64,000 nucleotides of DNA from Chromatiales bacterium (GTDB lineage: Bacteria > Pseudomonadota > Gammaproteobacteria > Thiohalomonadales > Thiohalomonadaceae). The stretch is from NCBI GenBank assembly GCA_003251535.1, contig QKFD01000024.1:97837-161836 (forward strand), in the 5' to 3' direction. The translations under genes and the position numbers were made by a program. The number at the start of each line of letters is the position of its first letter. Within the stretch, counting starts at the first letter, position 1. A model generated the notes under the pieces. The model saw only the letters and a list, made by a program, of their open reading frames with translations. It made no database searches and was not told where the DNA came from. Below are positions 8,956 through 18,881 of this stretch, piece after piece.

Positions 8956-9939
8956 ATGCGAAGAGGCCTTATCGATCCCTTCGGGCGTCGGATTGATTAT
9001 GTTCGACTGTCGGTCACCGATCGCTGTGATCTGCGCTGCTTCTACTGTATGCCGCCAGATTTCCATGACTTTGAGGCCCCCGACCACTGGTTGGATCTCG
9101 ATGAGATCGAGCGGGTCATCAGGGCCTTCAGCGAACTGGGCGTCGGGAGAGTGCGCCTCACGGGCGGCGAGCCCCTCACCCGCAGAGGGGTGCCGGAGCT
9201 AGCGGCACGCCTGGCGGCGCTGCCAGGGGTGGAAGATCTCTCCCTCTCCACCAATGCAATCCAGTTGGAGCGCCACGCCGCCGCCCTGCATCGGGCGGGG
9301 GTGAGCCGGCTCAATGTTAGCCTTGACTCCCTTGATCCGCAGCGCTTCAAGGCGATCACCGGCGGTCCACTGGAGAAGGTGTTACGGGGGCTCTCAGCGG
9401 CCAGTCAGGCCGGCTTCAGCCCCATCAAGATCAATATGGTGGTGATGCGTGGGGTCAATGACGATGAGGTGGAGGCGATGGTCGATTTCTGCATCGCCCA
9501 TGGCTTCACCCTGCGTTTTATCGAGACCATGCCGATGGGGGAGACCGGTCGGGAGGCGAGCGAGCATTTCCTCGATCTACGCGAGGTCAAGGCACGGCTT
9601 GCCCAACGCTACCGCCTGCTGCCTGGGGTGATGCCGGGAGGCGGTCCCGCTCGCTATGTGCGGGTGGCGGGAACAGAGCTGCGCATCGGCTTCATCACCC
9701 CCATCTCCCAGCACTTCTGCGCCAGCTGCAACCGTGTACGGTTGGCGGTGGATGGCACCCTCCACCTCTGCCTAGGCCAAGAGCACAGCACCGAACTACG
9801 CCCCCTGCTACGGGCCGGGATCAGTGACGCGGCACTCAAAGAGGCGATCCAGCAGGCGATCGCCCTCAAACCGGAAAAACATGAGTTCCGCGAACAGCCA
9901 GGCCAGGTGGTGCGCTTCATGTCCATGACGGGTGGCTGA
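8956..9939 (+). CDS. moaA: GTP 3',8-cyclase (molybdenum cofactor biosynthesis protein A)
   Basis: N-terminal radical-SAM motif LSVTDRCDLRCFYCMP. 327 aa. The C-terminal second Fe-S cluster cysteines are present (CASCNRVRL). Confidence 0.9.
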   Translation: MRRGLIDPFGRRIDYVRLSVTDRCDLRCFYCMPPDFHDFEAPDHWLDLDEIERVIRAFSELGVGRVRLTGGEPLTRRGVPELAARLAALPGVEDLSLSTNAIQLERHAAALHRAGVSRLNVSLDSLDPQRFKAITGGPLEKVLRGLSAASQAGFSPIKINMVVMRGVNDDEVEAMVDFCIAHGFTLRFIETMPMGETGREASEHFLDLREVKARLAQRYRLLPGVMPGGGPARYVRVAGTELRIGFITPISQHFCASCNRVRLAVDGTLHLCLGQEHSTELRPLLRAGISDAALKEAIQQAIALKPEKHEFREQPGQVVRFMSMTGG

Positions 9940-10091
9940 GCACCACAGCCCCCTATTGGGACACCCGAACCACCGAGTGCCCACTCCCCGCCAGTGCTAA
10001 GCCGCCAGGTTCTGATGGGGAGCACACTCCAAATGCGACCTACCACCCAACGCCCCCCTAACCCCGCCACCTAATATGCGGGGAGTTCACA

Positions 10092-10607
10092 ATGGAGCTG
10101 GTTGGAATGACTCGCAATGAAATGCTGAAGCAGGTAGGACGCCTCATTCGGGAACAGCGCTGGGCGGCACTGGCCAGTCGCAATGGCGAGGAGGTGCTCG
10201 CCTCGATGGTGGCCTACGCCCCTGAGGCCTACTTCCAGGGCCTGCTGCTCCACCTCTCTCGCCTCGCTCCCCATACCCGTAATCTGCTGACCTATCCTGC
10301 CGCCTCCTTGGTCATCAGTGCACCGGATATCGGGGGCGGTGACCCCCAGCAACTCCCCCGCATCAGCTTTGTGGGAGAGCTGGAGCCGATCGTGGGGGAT
10401 AGCGAGGAGTACCTGGTGGGTCGGGAGCGTTACCTGCGCCGGCTACCAGATGCCGAGCGGCTATTTTCCTTTTCAGACTTCATCCTGTTCCGTCTCATCC
10501 CCCACGAGGCGCGTTTTGTGGGCGGCTTTGCCGCTGCCCATAACCTCAGTGGCCAGGACTTAGAACACGCCGCACGCCTACTGGACGCGATCCCAGAAGC
10601 TAGTTGA
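10092..10607 (+). CDS. Pyridoxamine 5'-phosphate oxidase-like FMN-binding (split-barrel) family protein
   Basis: 171 aa. The N-terminal pattern (RWAALASRNGEEVLASMVAYAPE) is typical of the PNPOx/HugZ-like split-barrel family. There is a GGGGAG Shine-Dalgarno upstream. Confidence 0.5.
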   Translation: MELVGMTRNEMLKQVGRLIREQRWAALASRNGEEVLASMVAYAPEAYFQGLLLHLSRLAPHTRNLLTYPAASLVISAPDIGGGDPQQLPRISFVGELEPIVGDSEEYLVGRERYLRRLPDAERLFSFSDFILFRLIPHEARFVGGFAAAHNLSGQDLEHAARLLDAIPEAS

Positions 10608-10669
10608 GGCCATGCCCCTATTGCAGGCGCGTCTAGCCATAGGGGTTGGTTCACCCAGGCCAGGCGGCG

Positions 10670-11971
10670 TCAGAAGGTGGCGCTGGTACTGGCATAGAAC
10701 TTGGTCTCCTCCGACCCAAAACCGTAGGCGACATCGGCAGCGAGGGTGAGATCGACAAAGGTCTGCACCCGCCAGCGCAGCCCAAGCCCACTCCCCGCCT
10801 CTAGGTCGGTCACATCCATATCGTTGATGGATGGGTAGACGTTGCCAACGTCGGTAAAGACCACCCCGCGCAACTGCGGGTAGCCCGAAAGAGGCATGTG
10901 GTACTCCACATTGGCCAGGAGCATGGCATTGCCATCATCCAGCTCGTCATAACCCCGCAGGCTCTTACCACCGCCGATCTCAAACGCCCGGTCGCCAAAC
11001 AGGCTCCCATCGGCCAGGCCGAGCTGCACACGGGTATAGAGGCTGGGGCTCTTGGCGCCCTCCTGCCCTAAATTCTGATAGCTGCGCCAATAGAAGAGGT
11101 GGCGATCAAAATTGTGATCCGATCCCAGCTCCTCAGCGCCGGCCTCCCCCTCCCATCCGTAGGCCATCCCCTCGCGGTGGTACTGAAACTCGTGGACATC
11201 CACATACTCCACCCGGGCATGGAGGCTGAATGCCTGCGAGTCCTCATACAATCCCCAGGGACCATGCTCATAGCTATAGTCCCGCTGCCGCCAGGTGATC
11301 CCCCCACCTACCCGCCAACCGTTACTGGGCCCCGTCTGATCGATCCAGCGATTGAGCGTCAGGGTAGCCCGCTGCTCGGTGAGGAGATACTCGGCATCGA
11401 CCCCTGGGTAGTCCTCCTTCTCATTCACCCCCGCCTCGCGGTACTCCAATAACACCCCGAGATCGAGGGCGGTGCCGACAATGCGGGGATAGCGATAGTC
11501 CAGCGAATATTCCCGCTCCTGCTCCTCATCATCCGCCTCTTTGCTGACTTCATATCCCAACTTGAGGCGCTGGTTGAGGCCAAAAAGATTGTCGAAGTGG
11601 AGGTCTACCCCGTAGCCATAGTCCCCTTCAGCACGGGCATCGATCAGAGGAATGGGCAAAATGTAGAGCTTTTCATCGACCACATAGGTCACCACCACCC
11701 CTTCTGGGGTCTCCTGAAGCTCGCTCCGCACCTGTTTGAATAGGCCAAGGTCCATAATCGCCTGACGTGAGCGCTCGATCGCCGCCGGCTCTGCCGGCTC
11801 CCCCTCCTGGATGGTCAGCTCCTGCCGCAAAATGCTGTTTTGCGTTGTCTCGTTTCCAGAGAAGCGGATCTCCGTGATCGGCCGCGGCCCCGCCAAAACC
11901 GATGACTGCCACCAGAGGAGCGCCAATGTCACCAGTGATACGAATGGGGTTGACCGGGATTTTGGAATCAT
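10670..11971 (-). CDS. Outer-membrane Omp85/surface antigen D15-family beta-barrel protein with one POTRA domain
   Basis: Signal peptide at the N-terminus. POTRA-like segment (IRFSGNETTQNSILRQELTIQEGEP). The C-terminus ends in aromatic ...ATF, typical of OM beta-barrels. 433 aa. Confidence 0.6.
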   Translation of the reverse strand: MIPKSRSTPFVSLVTLALLWWQSSVLAGPRPITEIRFSGNETTQNSILRQELTIQEGEPAEPAAIERSRQAIMDLGLFKQVRSELQETPEGVVVTYVVDEKLYILPIPLIDARAEGDYGYGVDLHFDNLFGLNQRLKLGYEVSKEADDEEQEREYSLDYRYPRIVGTALDLGVLLEYREAGVNEKEDYPGVDAEYLLTEQRATLTLNRWIDQTGPSNGWRVGGGITWRQRDYSYEHGPWGLYEDSQAFSLHARVEYVDVHEFQYHREGMAYGWEGEAGAEELGSDHNFDRHLFYWRSYQNLGQEGAKSPSLYTRVQLGLADGSLFGDRAFEIGGGKSLRGYDELDDGNAMLLANVEYHMPLSGYPQLRGVVFTDVGNVYPSINDMDVTDLEAGSGLGLRWRVQTFVDLTLAADVAYGFGSEETKFYASTSATF

Positions 11972-12154
11972 GGTGTCACTCCGAGGGATCGATCACATGG
12001 AAAAAGAGTTGGGGTAACACGACCTAGCCAGCCAAGACATACCACACCAGCCTAACCTGACCCCCATCATGGTACAGCGACCCCGCTCGCGGATTGAGCG
12101 GCACAGCTCGCGGAGATAGCAACGGCTCAACATGACCAGAGGGGCTGAGCACTG

Positions 12155-12946
12155 TCACGCCAACCACATATGCAGACCAAGAAAGGCCAAAAACAGCGCA
12201 AAAATGCGCTTTAGTTGACGCGCTGGCAGCTGATGGGCCCAATGGGCGCCAAGCGGTGCAAAGAGGACGCTAGTCGCCGCTATCCCAAACCAAGCCGGCA
12301 GGTAGAGGTAGCCCCACGCCAGTGGTGGCAGGCGCGGGTCCCCCCAACCGGCAGCCAGAAACCCCAGTGCACCAGAGAGGGCAATGGGGAGGCCACAGGC
12401 GGCGGAGGTAGCCACCGCCTCGCGCATGGGGAGGTTGCACCAGGCCAGAAATGGCACGGTCAGACTCCCCCCACCGATCCCCACCAGGGCAGAGACGGCG
12501 CCAATGCCCCCACCAGTGGCAGCGAGCGCCACGGAGCCTGGTAGCTGTCGTCCGGGATTAGGTCTCAACTCTAGGGCCAGTTGAACGGCCACCGTAATGG
12601 CAAACAGGCCGAAAAAATCCTTCAGTAGCCACGTTGGAAGCAGCCGCACAACGAATGCGCTGGCCGCCGTACCGGCGAATAGACCGGGGGCCAGCCGCCA
12701 AACCACCGGCCAATGCACTGCCCCTCGGCGGTGATGGGCCCGAATAGAGGAGAGGGAGGTAAAGACAATCGTGGCTAGCGAGGTACCCAGTGCCAGCTGC
12801 ATCACCTGGCCACCATCAAAGCCAGAGCGCTCGAATAGCAGCACCAACACCGGTACGATAACTAGACCGCCCCCCACCCCCAGTAGGCCGGCAAGCACCC
12901 CTGCAACCGCGCCAATGGCAAGGAAAATCGCTAGTTCTGCTGCCAT
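12155..12946 (-). CDS. TauE/SafE family sulfite/anion exporter (DUF81)
   Basis: 263 aa hydrophobic protein with duplicated G-rich TM motifs (LAGLLGVGGGLVIVP, LVGIGGGSLTVP) characteristic of TauE/SafE. Confidence 0.8.
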   Translation of the reverse strand: MAAELAIFLAIGAVAGVLAGLLGVGGGLVIVPVLVLLFERSGFDGGQVMQLALGTSLATIVFTSLSSIRAHHRRGAVHWPVVWRLAPGLFAGTAASAFVVRLLPTWLLKDFFGLFAITVAVQLALELRPNPGRQLPGSVALAATGGGIGAVSALVGIGGGSLTVPFLAWCNLPMREAVATSAACGLPIALSGALGFLAAGWGDPRLPPLAWGYLYLPAWFGIAATSVLFAPLGAHWAHQLPARQLKRIFALFLAFLGLHMWLA

Positions 12947-13164
12947 ATTAGCTAGTTAACCGTAAGTGAGCGTTCACAAAAATCTCTCCGGCGATGGCCA
13001 AGTTAAGAGAGTCAGCGACTCCTCGGGTAGCAGGCTGTGGGCGCTTCGTCTCCTAGGGAGCTGGGCAGGTCTCTCCCTAAGGAGTCGCGCCAAGGGCCGT
13101 CAAGAGTGAAAGGGTGCGCTAGTATACAATCCGCTTTACCTATCCCTACCCCGGAAGCAAGCCT

Positions 13165-14124
13165 ATGAAACCAAAAAAAATCTGCATCATCGGCGGGAGT
13201 GGATTTGTGGGTCGCCACCTCGCCACCCGCCTGGTGCGGGATGGCCATCAAGTGCGCGTCCCTTCCCGCCATCCAGAACAACAACGTGCCCTGCGGGTAC
13301 TCCCTGGCCTTGAGCTACCCGCCATGCCCTCCACCCCCACCACCGAGACGATGGCCCGCTTGGTTGAAGGGTGTGATGCGGTGATCAATCTGGTGGGTAT
13401 CCTCAACGAGGCAGGTAACGATGGTAGTGGCTTTCGCAAGGCCCACGTAGAGCTACCACGCATGGTCATCGAGGGCTGCCGACAAGGGGGCATTGATCGC
13501 CTCCTGCACATGAGCGCCCTCGGGGCCGATAGCGCTGGCCCAAGTCGCTATCTGCGTACTAAAGCAGAGGGGGAGGCGCTGGTACTAGCCAACGACGCCA
13601 TTCATGCTACCGTCTTTCGCCCTGCTGTTATCTTTGGACCTGGCGACTCCTTCTTCAATCGCTTTGCTGGGCTGCTCAAGATCTCGCCCTATCTATTTCC
13701 GCTTGCCTGCGCCGGTGCTCGGATGCAGCCCATCTTTGTCGGTGACGTGGTGGAGGTCTTCACACGGGCGCTAGAGTTGCCACAGAGTATCGGCGCCACT
13801 TACAACCTCTGCGGTCCACGCCAATACACCTTGGGTGAGCTGGTGGCCTATACCGCACGCACCCTTGGCCTGAAACGGCACATCATCGATCTACCGGAGG
13901 GGGCATCGCGGCTACAGGCCCAGCTAATGGAACACCTGCCCGGTAAGCCGTTTACTACCGACAATTACCTCTCCCTTAGCGTCCCCTCGATCTGTAACGA
14001 ACCCTTTCCGCCGCTATTTGGTATCACCCCCACGCCACTTGAGGTGGTTGTCCCCAGCTATCTGGGCGAGGCTGGGGCGCGTAAGACCTACGATCGGCTG
14101 CGGCAGGAGGCACGGAGATCTTGA
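13165..14124 (+). CDS. NAD(P)-binding Rossmann-fold protein, complex I NDUFA9-like / NAD-dependent epimerase-dehydratase family
   Basis: N-terminal ICIIGGSGFVGRHL Rossmann motif. 319 aa. Confidence 0.75.
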   Translation: MKPKKICIIGGSGFVGRHLATRLVRDGHQVRVPSRHPEQQRALRVLPGLELPAMPSTPTTETMARLVEGCDAVINLVGILNEAGNDGSGFRKAHVELPRMVIEGCRQGGIDRLLHMSALGADSAGPSRYLRTKAEGEALVLANDAIHATVFRPAVIFGPGDSFFNRFAGLLKISPYLFPLACAGARMQPIFVGDVVEVFTRALELPQSIGATYNLCGPRQYTLGELVAYTARTLGLKRHIIDLPEGASRLQAQLMEHLPGKPFTTDNYLSLSVPSICNEPFPPLFGITPTPLEVVVPSYLGEAGARKTYDRLRQEARRS

Positions 14125-15368
14125 TGGCCGATCCACGCCTCGATGGGCTACAGGTCTATCTGGTGGGAGGTGCCGTCCGAGATCGCCTACTCGGCGTCCC
14201 CTCCCAGGATCGGGACTTTGTCGTCGTCGGCACCACCGCGGAGGAGATGATACGGCGAGGTTTTCGGCCCGTGGGCAAAGACTTTCCGGTCTTCCTCCAT
14301 CCGGAAAGTGCGGAGGAGTATGCCCTGGCGCGCACTGAACGTAAGACTGGAGCGGGTTACCACGGCTTCGCCTGTCACGCCACCCCAGAGGTGACCCTAG
14401 AAGAGGATCTCAAGCGGCGCGATCTCACCATCAACGCCATGGCTGAAACGATGGCGGGCGAGCTAATCGATCCCTTTGGGGGCGCGGAAGATCTACGACT
14501 CGGCCGTCTGCGCCATGTCTCCGAGGCCTTTTCAGAGGACCCCGTTAGGATCCTACGGATTGCCCGTTATGCCGCCCGTTTTGGCTGTTGGGGTTTCCGC
14601 GTGACCCATGCCACCAATGCCCTCATGCAGCAGATGGTGGTAAACGGGGAGGTGGATGCCTTGGTTCCTGAACGGATCTGGAAAGAGCTGTCTCGCGCCC
14701 TCGGTGAAACCACCCCTGCACGTTTCTTCGAGGTATTGCGTGGCTGTGGTGCGCTGGCGGTGGTATTTCCAGAGTTAGACCGCCTATTTGGGGTCCCCCA
14801 ACCCAAGCATCACCACCCGGAGGAGGATACCGGCCTCCATGTGATGTTGGTGCTGGAGCAAGCCGCCCGCCTTACTGACGATATCCGGGTGCGCTTCGCC
14901 GCACTGCTACACGATCTGGGCAAGGGAACGACGCCAAAGGAGGAGTGGCCAAAACACCATGCCCATGAGGCGCGTGGCGTGGAGCTGACCCGCGCCCTGT
15001 GCCAACGGCTCCGGGTGCCCGCCGAGTTTCGTGATCTCGCGCTCTTGGTCACCCAATACCATGGGCTCTACCACCGCAGCGACGAGTTGCGCCCAGCTAG
15101 TTTTGTGGAGACGTTTGAGCGCATTGATGCCTTTCGCCGACCAGAGCGTCTGGATCAGTTTCTCCTCGCCTGTGAAGCGGATGCGCGCGGCCGACCTGGG
15201 TATGAAAATCTAGAGCTAGAGAATGGCCACCGCTTTCGCCAAGCCTTCTCCGCTGCCCGCACAGTGGCCGCCGCGGAGCTAGTGGCCAAAGGCTACAAGG
15301 GAGCCCAGTTGGGGGAGCAGTTACGGCAGCAACGCATCGCAGCCGTCCAACACGCCTTAGCCAGCTAG
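14121..15368 (+). CDS. cca: Multifunctional CCA-adding tRNA nucleotidyltransferase with HD phosphohydrolase domain
   Basis: LQVYLVGGAVRDRLLG...DRDFVVVG polymerase-beta head motif. HD motif (HDLGKG) in the C-terminal half. 415 aa. Overlaps the upstream gene by 4 nt. Confidence 0.85.
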   Translation: MMADPRLDGLQVYLVGGAVRDRLLGVPSQDRDFVVVGTTAEEMIRRGFRPVGKDFPVFLHPESAEEYALARTERKTGAGYHGFACHATPEVTLEEDLKRRDLTINAMAETMAGELIDPFGGAEDLRLGRLRHVSEAFSEDPVRILRIARYAARFGCWGFRVTHATNALMQQMVVNGEVDALVPERIWKELSRALGETTPARFFEVLRGCGALAVVFPELDRLFGVPQPKHHHPEEDTGLHVMLVLEQAARLTDDIRVRFAALLHDLGKGTTPKEEWPKHHAHEARGVELTRALCQRLRVPAEFRDLALLVTQYHGLYHRSDELRPASFVETFERIDAFRRPERLDQFLLACEADARGRPGYENLELENGHRFRQAFSAARTVAAAELVAKGYKGAQLGEQLRQQRIAAVQHALAS

Positions 15369-15583
15369 CGCCCCCACGCTGCCACAGCGTGGACAAGTTG
15401 GCTTGCCATCGCCCAGCCTAACCTTCTCGTTTGTCCCTCCAAACGATCCCAACGGGATGGTTGCACACCCACCACGGCTGGCGAGGAGCCATCCCCACCT
15501 GGATGGGAGCTTGCTGGAGAACATGTGGCTTGGAGGAGAACCCTCCTGGTGAATAGCTGAAAGGGAAACGATCGCAACAAACC

Positions 15584-15618
15584 AAAAGAAAAGGGCGGGT
15601 GCCCGAAGACACCCGCCC
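15584..15618 (-). terminator. Rho-independent terminator downstream of porin gene
   Basis: Minus-strand hairpin GGGCGGGTG-tcttcggg-CACCCGCCC followed by TTTTCTTTTGG. Confidence 0.6.
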
Positions 15619-15644
15619 CTCTACCGCAAGCTTAAGCGTAATGC

Positions 15645-16694
15645 TTAGAACTTGTGGGTGATGCCCACTGCGAAGCCGCTCGGATCGCCGCCCAGCTCAG
15701 TAGCGCCGGCAGGACCCTTGTCGCCGTGGCCGTCACCGTTGTCGGAGACGTTGATGGCGGTGGCGTCGCCGTTATCCACGCGAGCGTAGACAGCGTACAC
15801 GCTGGTCTGCTTGGACATGGCGTGGTCGAAGCCGATAGCGAACTTGCTCACGTCGGTCTCGTTGGCGTCGTCGATCTCGCCAGCGTAGTAGTACTGGGCC
15901 TTGATGGTGTTGCTGCCCATGTCGAAGGCACCACCGATGCCCCAGGTGTTGCGGTCAGCACCGTCAACGCCACCCATGTCCACGTCACGCTGATACAGGC
16001 CGGCCAGCTTGAAGCTGCCGAACTTGTAGGAAGCGGCCAGCATGTGGGCGCTAGCATTCTCAGTGGCGCCGAGGGCGTCGTCAGAGATGCTCTGGGTAGC
16101 CAGGCCGACGTACAGCGGGCCGTTGCCGTAGGTCAGGGCCAGGGAGTAGGCGCTCTTGTCGGTGTCGTCAGTGCCGTCAGCGGACAGGTCGGTCACATAG
16201 GCAGCCAAGCCGGTGAAGCCGCTGAACTCAGGGGTCACATAGACGATGGTGTTGCTGGTACGAGCGTGCTGACCATTGTCGTTGATGATGGTACGGGAGT
16301 CACCCAGGGTGTCACCGAACAGATCAACAGAACGGCCCACGATCTTGTACGGGGTGTCGTGACGACCAACGAAGAACTGACCGAAACCGCCCTTCAGGCC
16401 AACGAAGGAGTTACGGGTAGCGAAACCGTTGGTGCCGCTCTCAGTCAGGTTCACGGTGGACTCAACCTGCCAGAAGGCAGACAGGCCGTTGCCCATGTCC
16501 TCAGTCCCCTTGAAGCCGATGCGGCTGGAGTTGGAGGACACGCCCATGCCGCTGTCGTCGTCAGCAGCGGAGTTGTCGTTGTCAATGGCCTCGATAGAAG
16601 CGTGCAGCTTACCGTAGATCTGCGCGTCGGCGTGGGCAGCCAGGGGAGCAACCAGGGCGCCGGCAACGGCCAGAGCGATCACTTTCTTGTTCAT
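15645..16694 (-). CDS. Gram-negative general porin (OmpC/Omp32-like)
   Basis: Signal peptide MNKKVIALAVAGALVAPLAAHA. Alternating amphipathic beta-strands. C-terminal ...GITHKF with terminal Phe. 349 aa. Confidence 0.75.
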   Translation of the reverse strand: MNKKVIALAVAGALVAPLAAHADAQIYGKLHASIEAIDNDNSAADDDSGMGVSSNSSRIGFKGTEDMGNGLSAFWQVESTVNLTESGTNGFATRNSFVGLKGGFGQFFVGRHDTPYKIVGRSVDLFGDTLGDSRTIINDNGQHARTSNTIVYVTPEFSGFTGLAAYVTDLSADGTDDTDKSAYSLALTYGNGPLYVGLATQSISDDALGATENASAHMLAASYKFGSFKLAGLYQRDVDMGGVDGADRNTWGIGGAFDMGSNTIKAQYYYAGEIDDANETDVSKFAIGFDHAMSKQTSVYAVYARVDNGDATAINVSDNGDGHGDKGPAGATELGGDPSGFAVGITHKF

Positions 16695-17632
16695 TCGTTC
16701 ATCTCCTAGTGGTTAACCAATACGAAATGCGTGGGGCTAAGCGTCAACGGTGCTTAATGTAGAACAGCAGCGCACCTAAGTGCAACAGCTTTTTTCAAAA
16801 AAACCACAGCTACCCATGGCTGTTGCAAAAACCCGACAAGGTGACCGTCTGAAGCGCAGAGAGCGGGGATTTCCGTGCCAAAGCTAGCAAAACGAGGCGC
16901 CCATATGGGTGCATTAGCACTATGCACGGTGGTGCTACAACCATAGATCGCGTAGCGCAACTCGGCTACCCCACCCCCAGCACAGCGCAACAGGGACATC
17001 GCCACCCTGAGCTGTACCTGAAATCTGTCTCCCCTAACCCGCGGGTGTTGCATCTACGAGTCAGGCGTGGTTTTCCTGAGCCTCGACAACAGGTTGTGAG
17101 GATCCGGTTATGTTACCAGCAACCTCATGGGCTATCCAGTTGCTAACGCCCAACTTATGTATGCTATCGGACGGAGAGGGCTCGATTAAGAGACACCCGT
17201 CGGTGAGGCGACTCAGCCGGACAGAAAGCGCTTTGAAGATCACCATGGCATGAAACCTAAAAGGCGTAGGGCCATGAGGGACGAGTACCAGGGCAGCGCG
17301 GCCCGTGGCGGCGCAGATGATGCCGGTGGGAGGGTAATGATTGGGGGTCTTATTTCGCTTGCCGCGCACGCGAACCGTTAGGGACTACCTTACCCAGCCA
17401 CGACGACTAGAGCGTGGGCCTCTAACCAGAGATACCGAGTGCGTAGCGGCTGCAATGGCGGCGAGTCACGACATACCAGCGCCTCGAACGCTGCAAACCC
17501 ACTCTAATAGGAGTGAGCTGCATCCACTGGTATATAGATAGTCGATGCAAAAACAGCGGCATCGGTGGCGGGGGGCCTCTGCGTCCCCAATAGATGGCTT
17601 GAACGCAGGTAATATCAGCAACTGTGGGCGGC

Positions 17633-17673
17633 CCAAAAACAAACAGGGGGCCACGCCTGCACGTGGCCCCCTG
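17633..17673 (-). terminator. Rho-independent terminator after tRNA-Gln (end of rplM-rpsI-tRNA unit)
   Basis: Minus-strand hairpin CAGGGGGCCACG-tgcagg-CGTGGCCCCCTG followed by TTTGTTTTT. Confidence 0.7.
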
Positions 17674-17680
17674 TCGGGGT

Positions 17681-17755
17681 TGGCTGGGGGACTAGGATTC
17701 GAACCTAGGTAAACGGAGTCAGAGTCCGTTGTCCTGCCGCTAGACGATCCCCCAA
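17681..17755 (-). tRNA. tRNA-Gln (anticodon CUG)
   Basis: Minus-strand sequence TGGGGGATCGTCTAGCGGCAGGACAACGGACTCTGACTCCGTT...GGTTCGAATCCTAGTCCCCCAGCCA. The anticodon stem-loop is ACGGA-CUCUGAC-UCCGU. The overall pattern matches bacterial tRNA-Gln (U1, CCAGCCA end). Confidence 0.8.
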
Positions 17756-17796
17756 ATTCATCCCCCACCGGCAGCAATAACGCTGCCGGGGAAGCA

Positions 17797-18189
17797 TTAA
17801 CGCTTGGAGTACTGAGGACGTTTACGGGCCTTGTGCAGGCCAACCTTCTTACGCTCAACCTCGCGGGCATCCCGAGTCAGGAAGCCGCCGCGGCGCATGG
17901 TGCTGCGCAGCGTCTCATCATAAGCAACCAAGGCGCGGGCGATGGCGTGGCGCACAGCACCGGCCTGCCCGCTGGCACCGCCACCACGAACAGTGACCTT
18001 GATATTAAACTTCTCGGCGACCTCAGCCATCTCAAGTGGCTGACGCACGATCATGCGAGCGGTCTCACGCGCGAAGTAGGTATCCAGGTTCCGGTCGTTG
18101 ACCATGATCTGCCCAGAACCAGGAGCGAGAAAGGCGCGGGCGGTGGCAGTCTTGCGACGGCCAGTGGTAGCGGGGGTCTGAGCTGCCAT
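17797..18189 (-). CDS. rpsI: 30S ribosomal protein S9
   Basis: 130 aa ending ...[14 protein letters not shown]. Confidence 0.95.
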   Translation of the reverse strand: MAAQTPATTGRRKTATARAFLAPGSGQIMVNDRNLDTYFARETARMIVRQPLEMAEVAEKFNIKVTVRGGGASGQAGAVRHAIARALVAYDETLRSTMRRGGFLTRDAREVERKKVGLHKARKRPQYSKR

Positions 18190-18213
18190 CGATTCTTATC
18201 CGTAACTCTCGGT

Positions 18214-18642
18214 TCAGATGTCCAGCGGCTTGGGCTGCTGGGCCGCATGATTATGATCGGCTCCGCCGTACACCTTGAGCTTACGGAACATGGCGCGGCC
18301 GAGGGGGTTCTTAGGGAGCATACCCTTTACGGCAAACTGGATGGCCCGCTCAGGAGCGCGCTCGACCAGCTTCTCGAAAGTGAAGCTCTTAATGCCACCA
18401 GGGAAACCGGTATGGCGGTAATACATCTTGTCAGTCGCCTTGCGACCACTGACGCGAATCTTGCCTGCATTGACGACAATAATGTAGTCGCCAGTATCCA
18501 CGTGCGGGGTATACTCCGCTTTATGCTTGCCACGCAGGCGGCGCGCGATCTCGACCGCCAGGCGGCCTAGGGTCTTGCCCGTGGCATCAACCACGTACCA
18601 GTCGCGCTTCACAGCCTCGGGCTTCGCGCTGAAAGTCTTCAT
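18214..18642 (-). CDS. rplM: 50S ribosomal protein L13
   Basis: Start chosen at [29 protein letters not shown]... (142 aa). The ORF extends upstream to 18714, but L13 homology begins at MKTF. Confidence 0.9.
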   Translation of the reverse strand: MKTFSAKPEAVKRDWYVVDATGKTLGRLAVEIARRLRGKHKAEYTPHVDTGDYIIVVNAGKIRVSGRKATDKMYYRHTGFPGGIKSFTFEKLVERAPERAIQFAVKGMLPKNPLGRAMFRKLKVYGGADHNHAAQQPKPLDI

Positions 18643-18881
18643 GCCAATGCGCTCCAAACAGCAGGCCATCTCAATAAGAAGCGGAATCTTACCAACCGAA
18701 TCTGATGTCCGCAAGGCCTGAGGCGAAAATCAGTAGTTGGAGACAAAAAAAAGCGCGGCAAAGGGGGGAGAGCCGCGCCGAAACCACCAAAGGAGGATGG
18801 AGGAGTAAACCGATCTGCTAACCGAACAACAGCAAATCAGTGGATGCTAATATAGCAGCCGTGCGAGCGGTGTCAACACTC

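Noticed and set aside
12024-12242. 72-aa minus-strand ORF downstream of the TauE gene
   Set aside because: It is short, has no Shine-Dalgarno sequence and overlaps the terminator-proximal region. It is probably non-coding.
15654-16709. 351-aa plus-strand ORF
   Set aside because: It mirrors the porin gene on the opposite strand and has a Gly/Val/Ala-rich composition.
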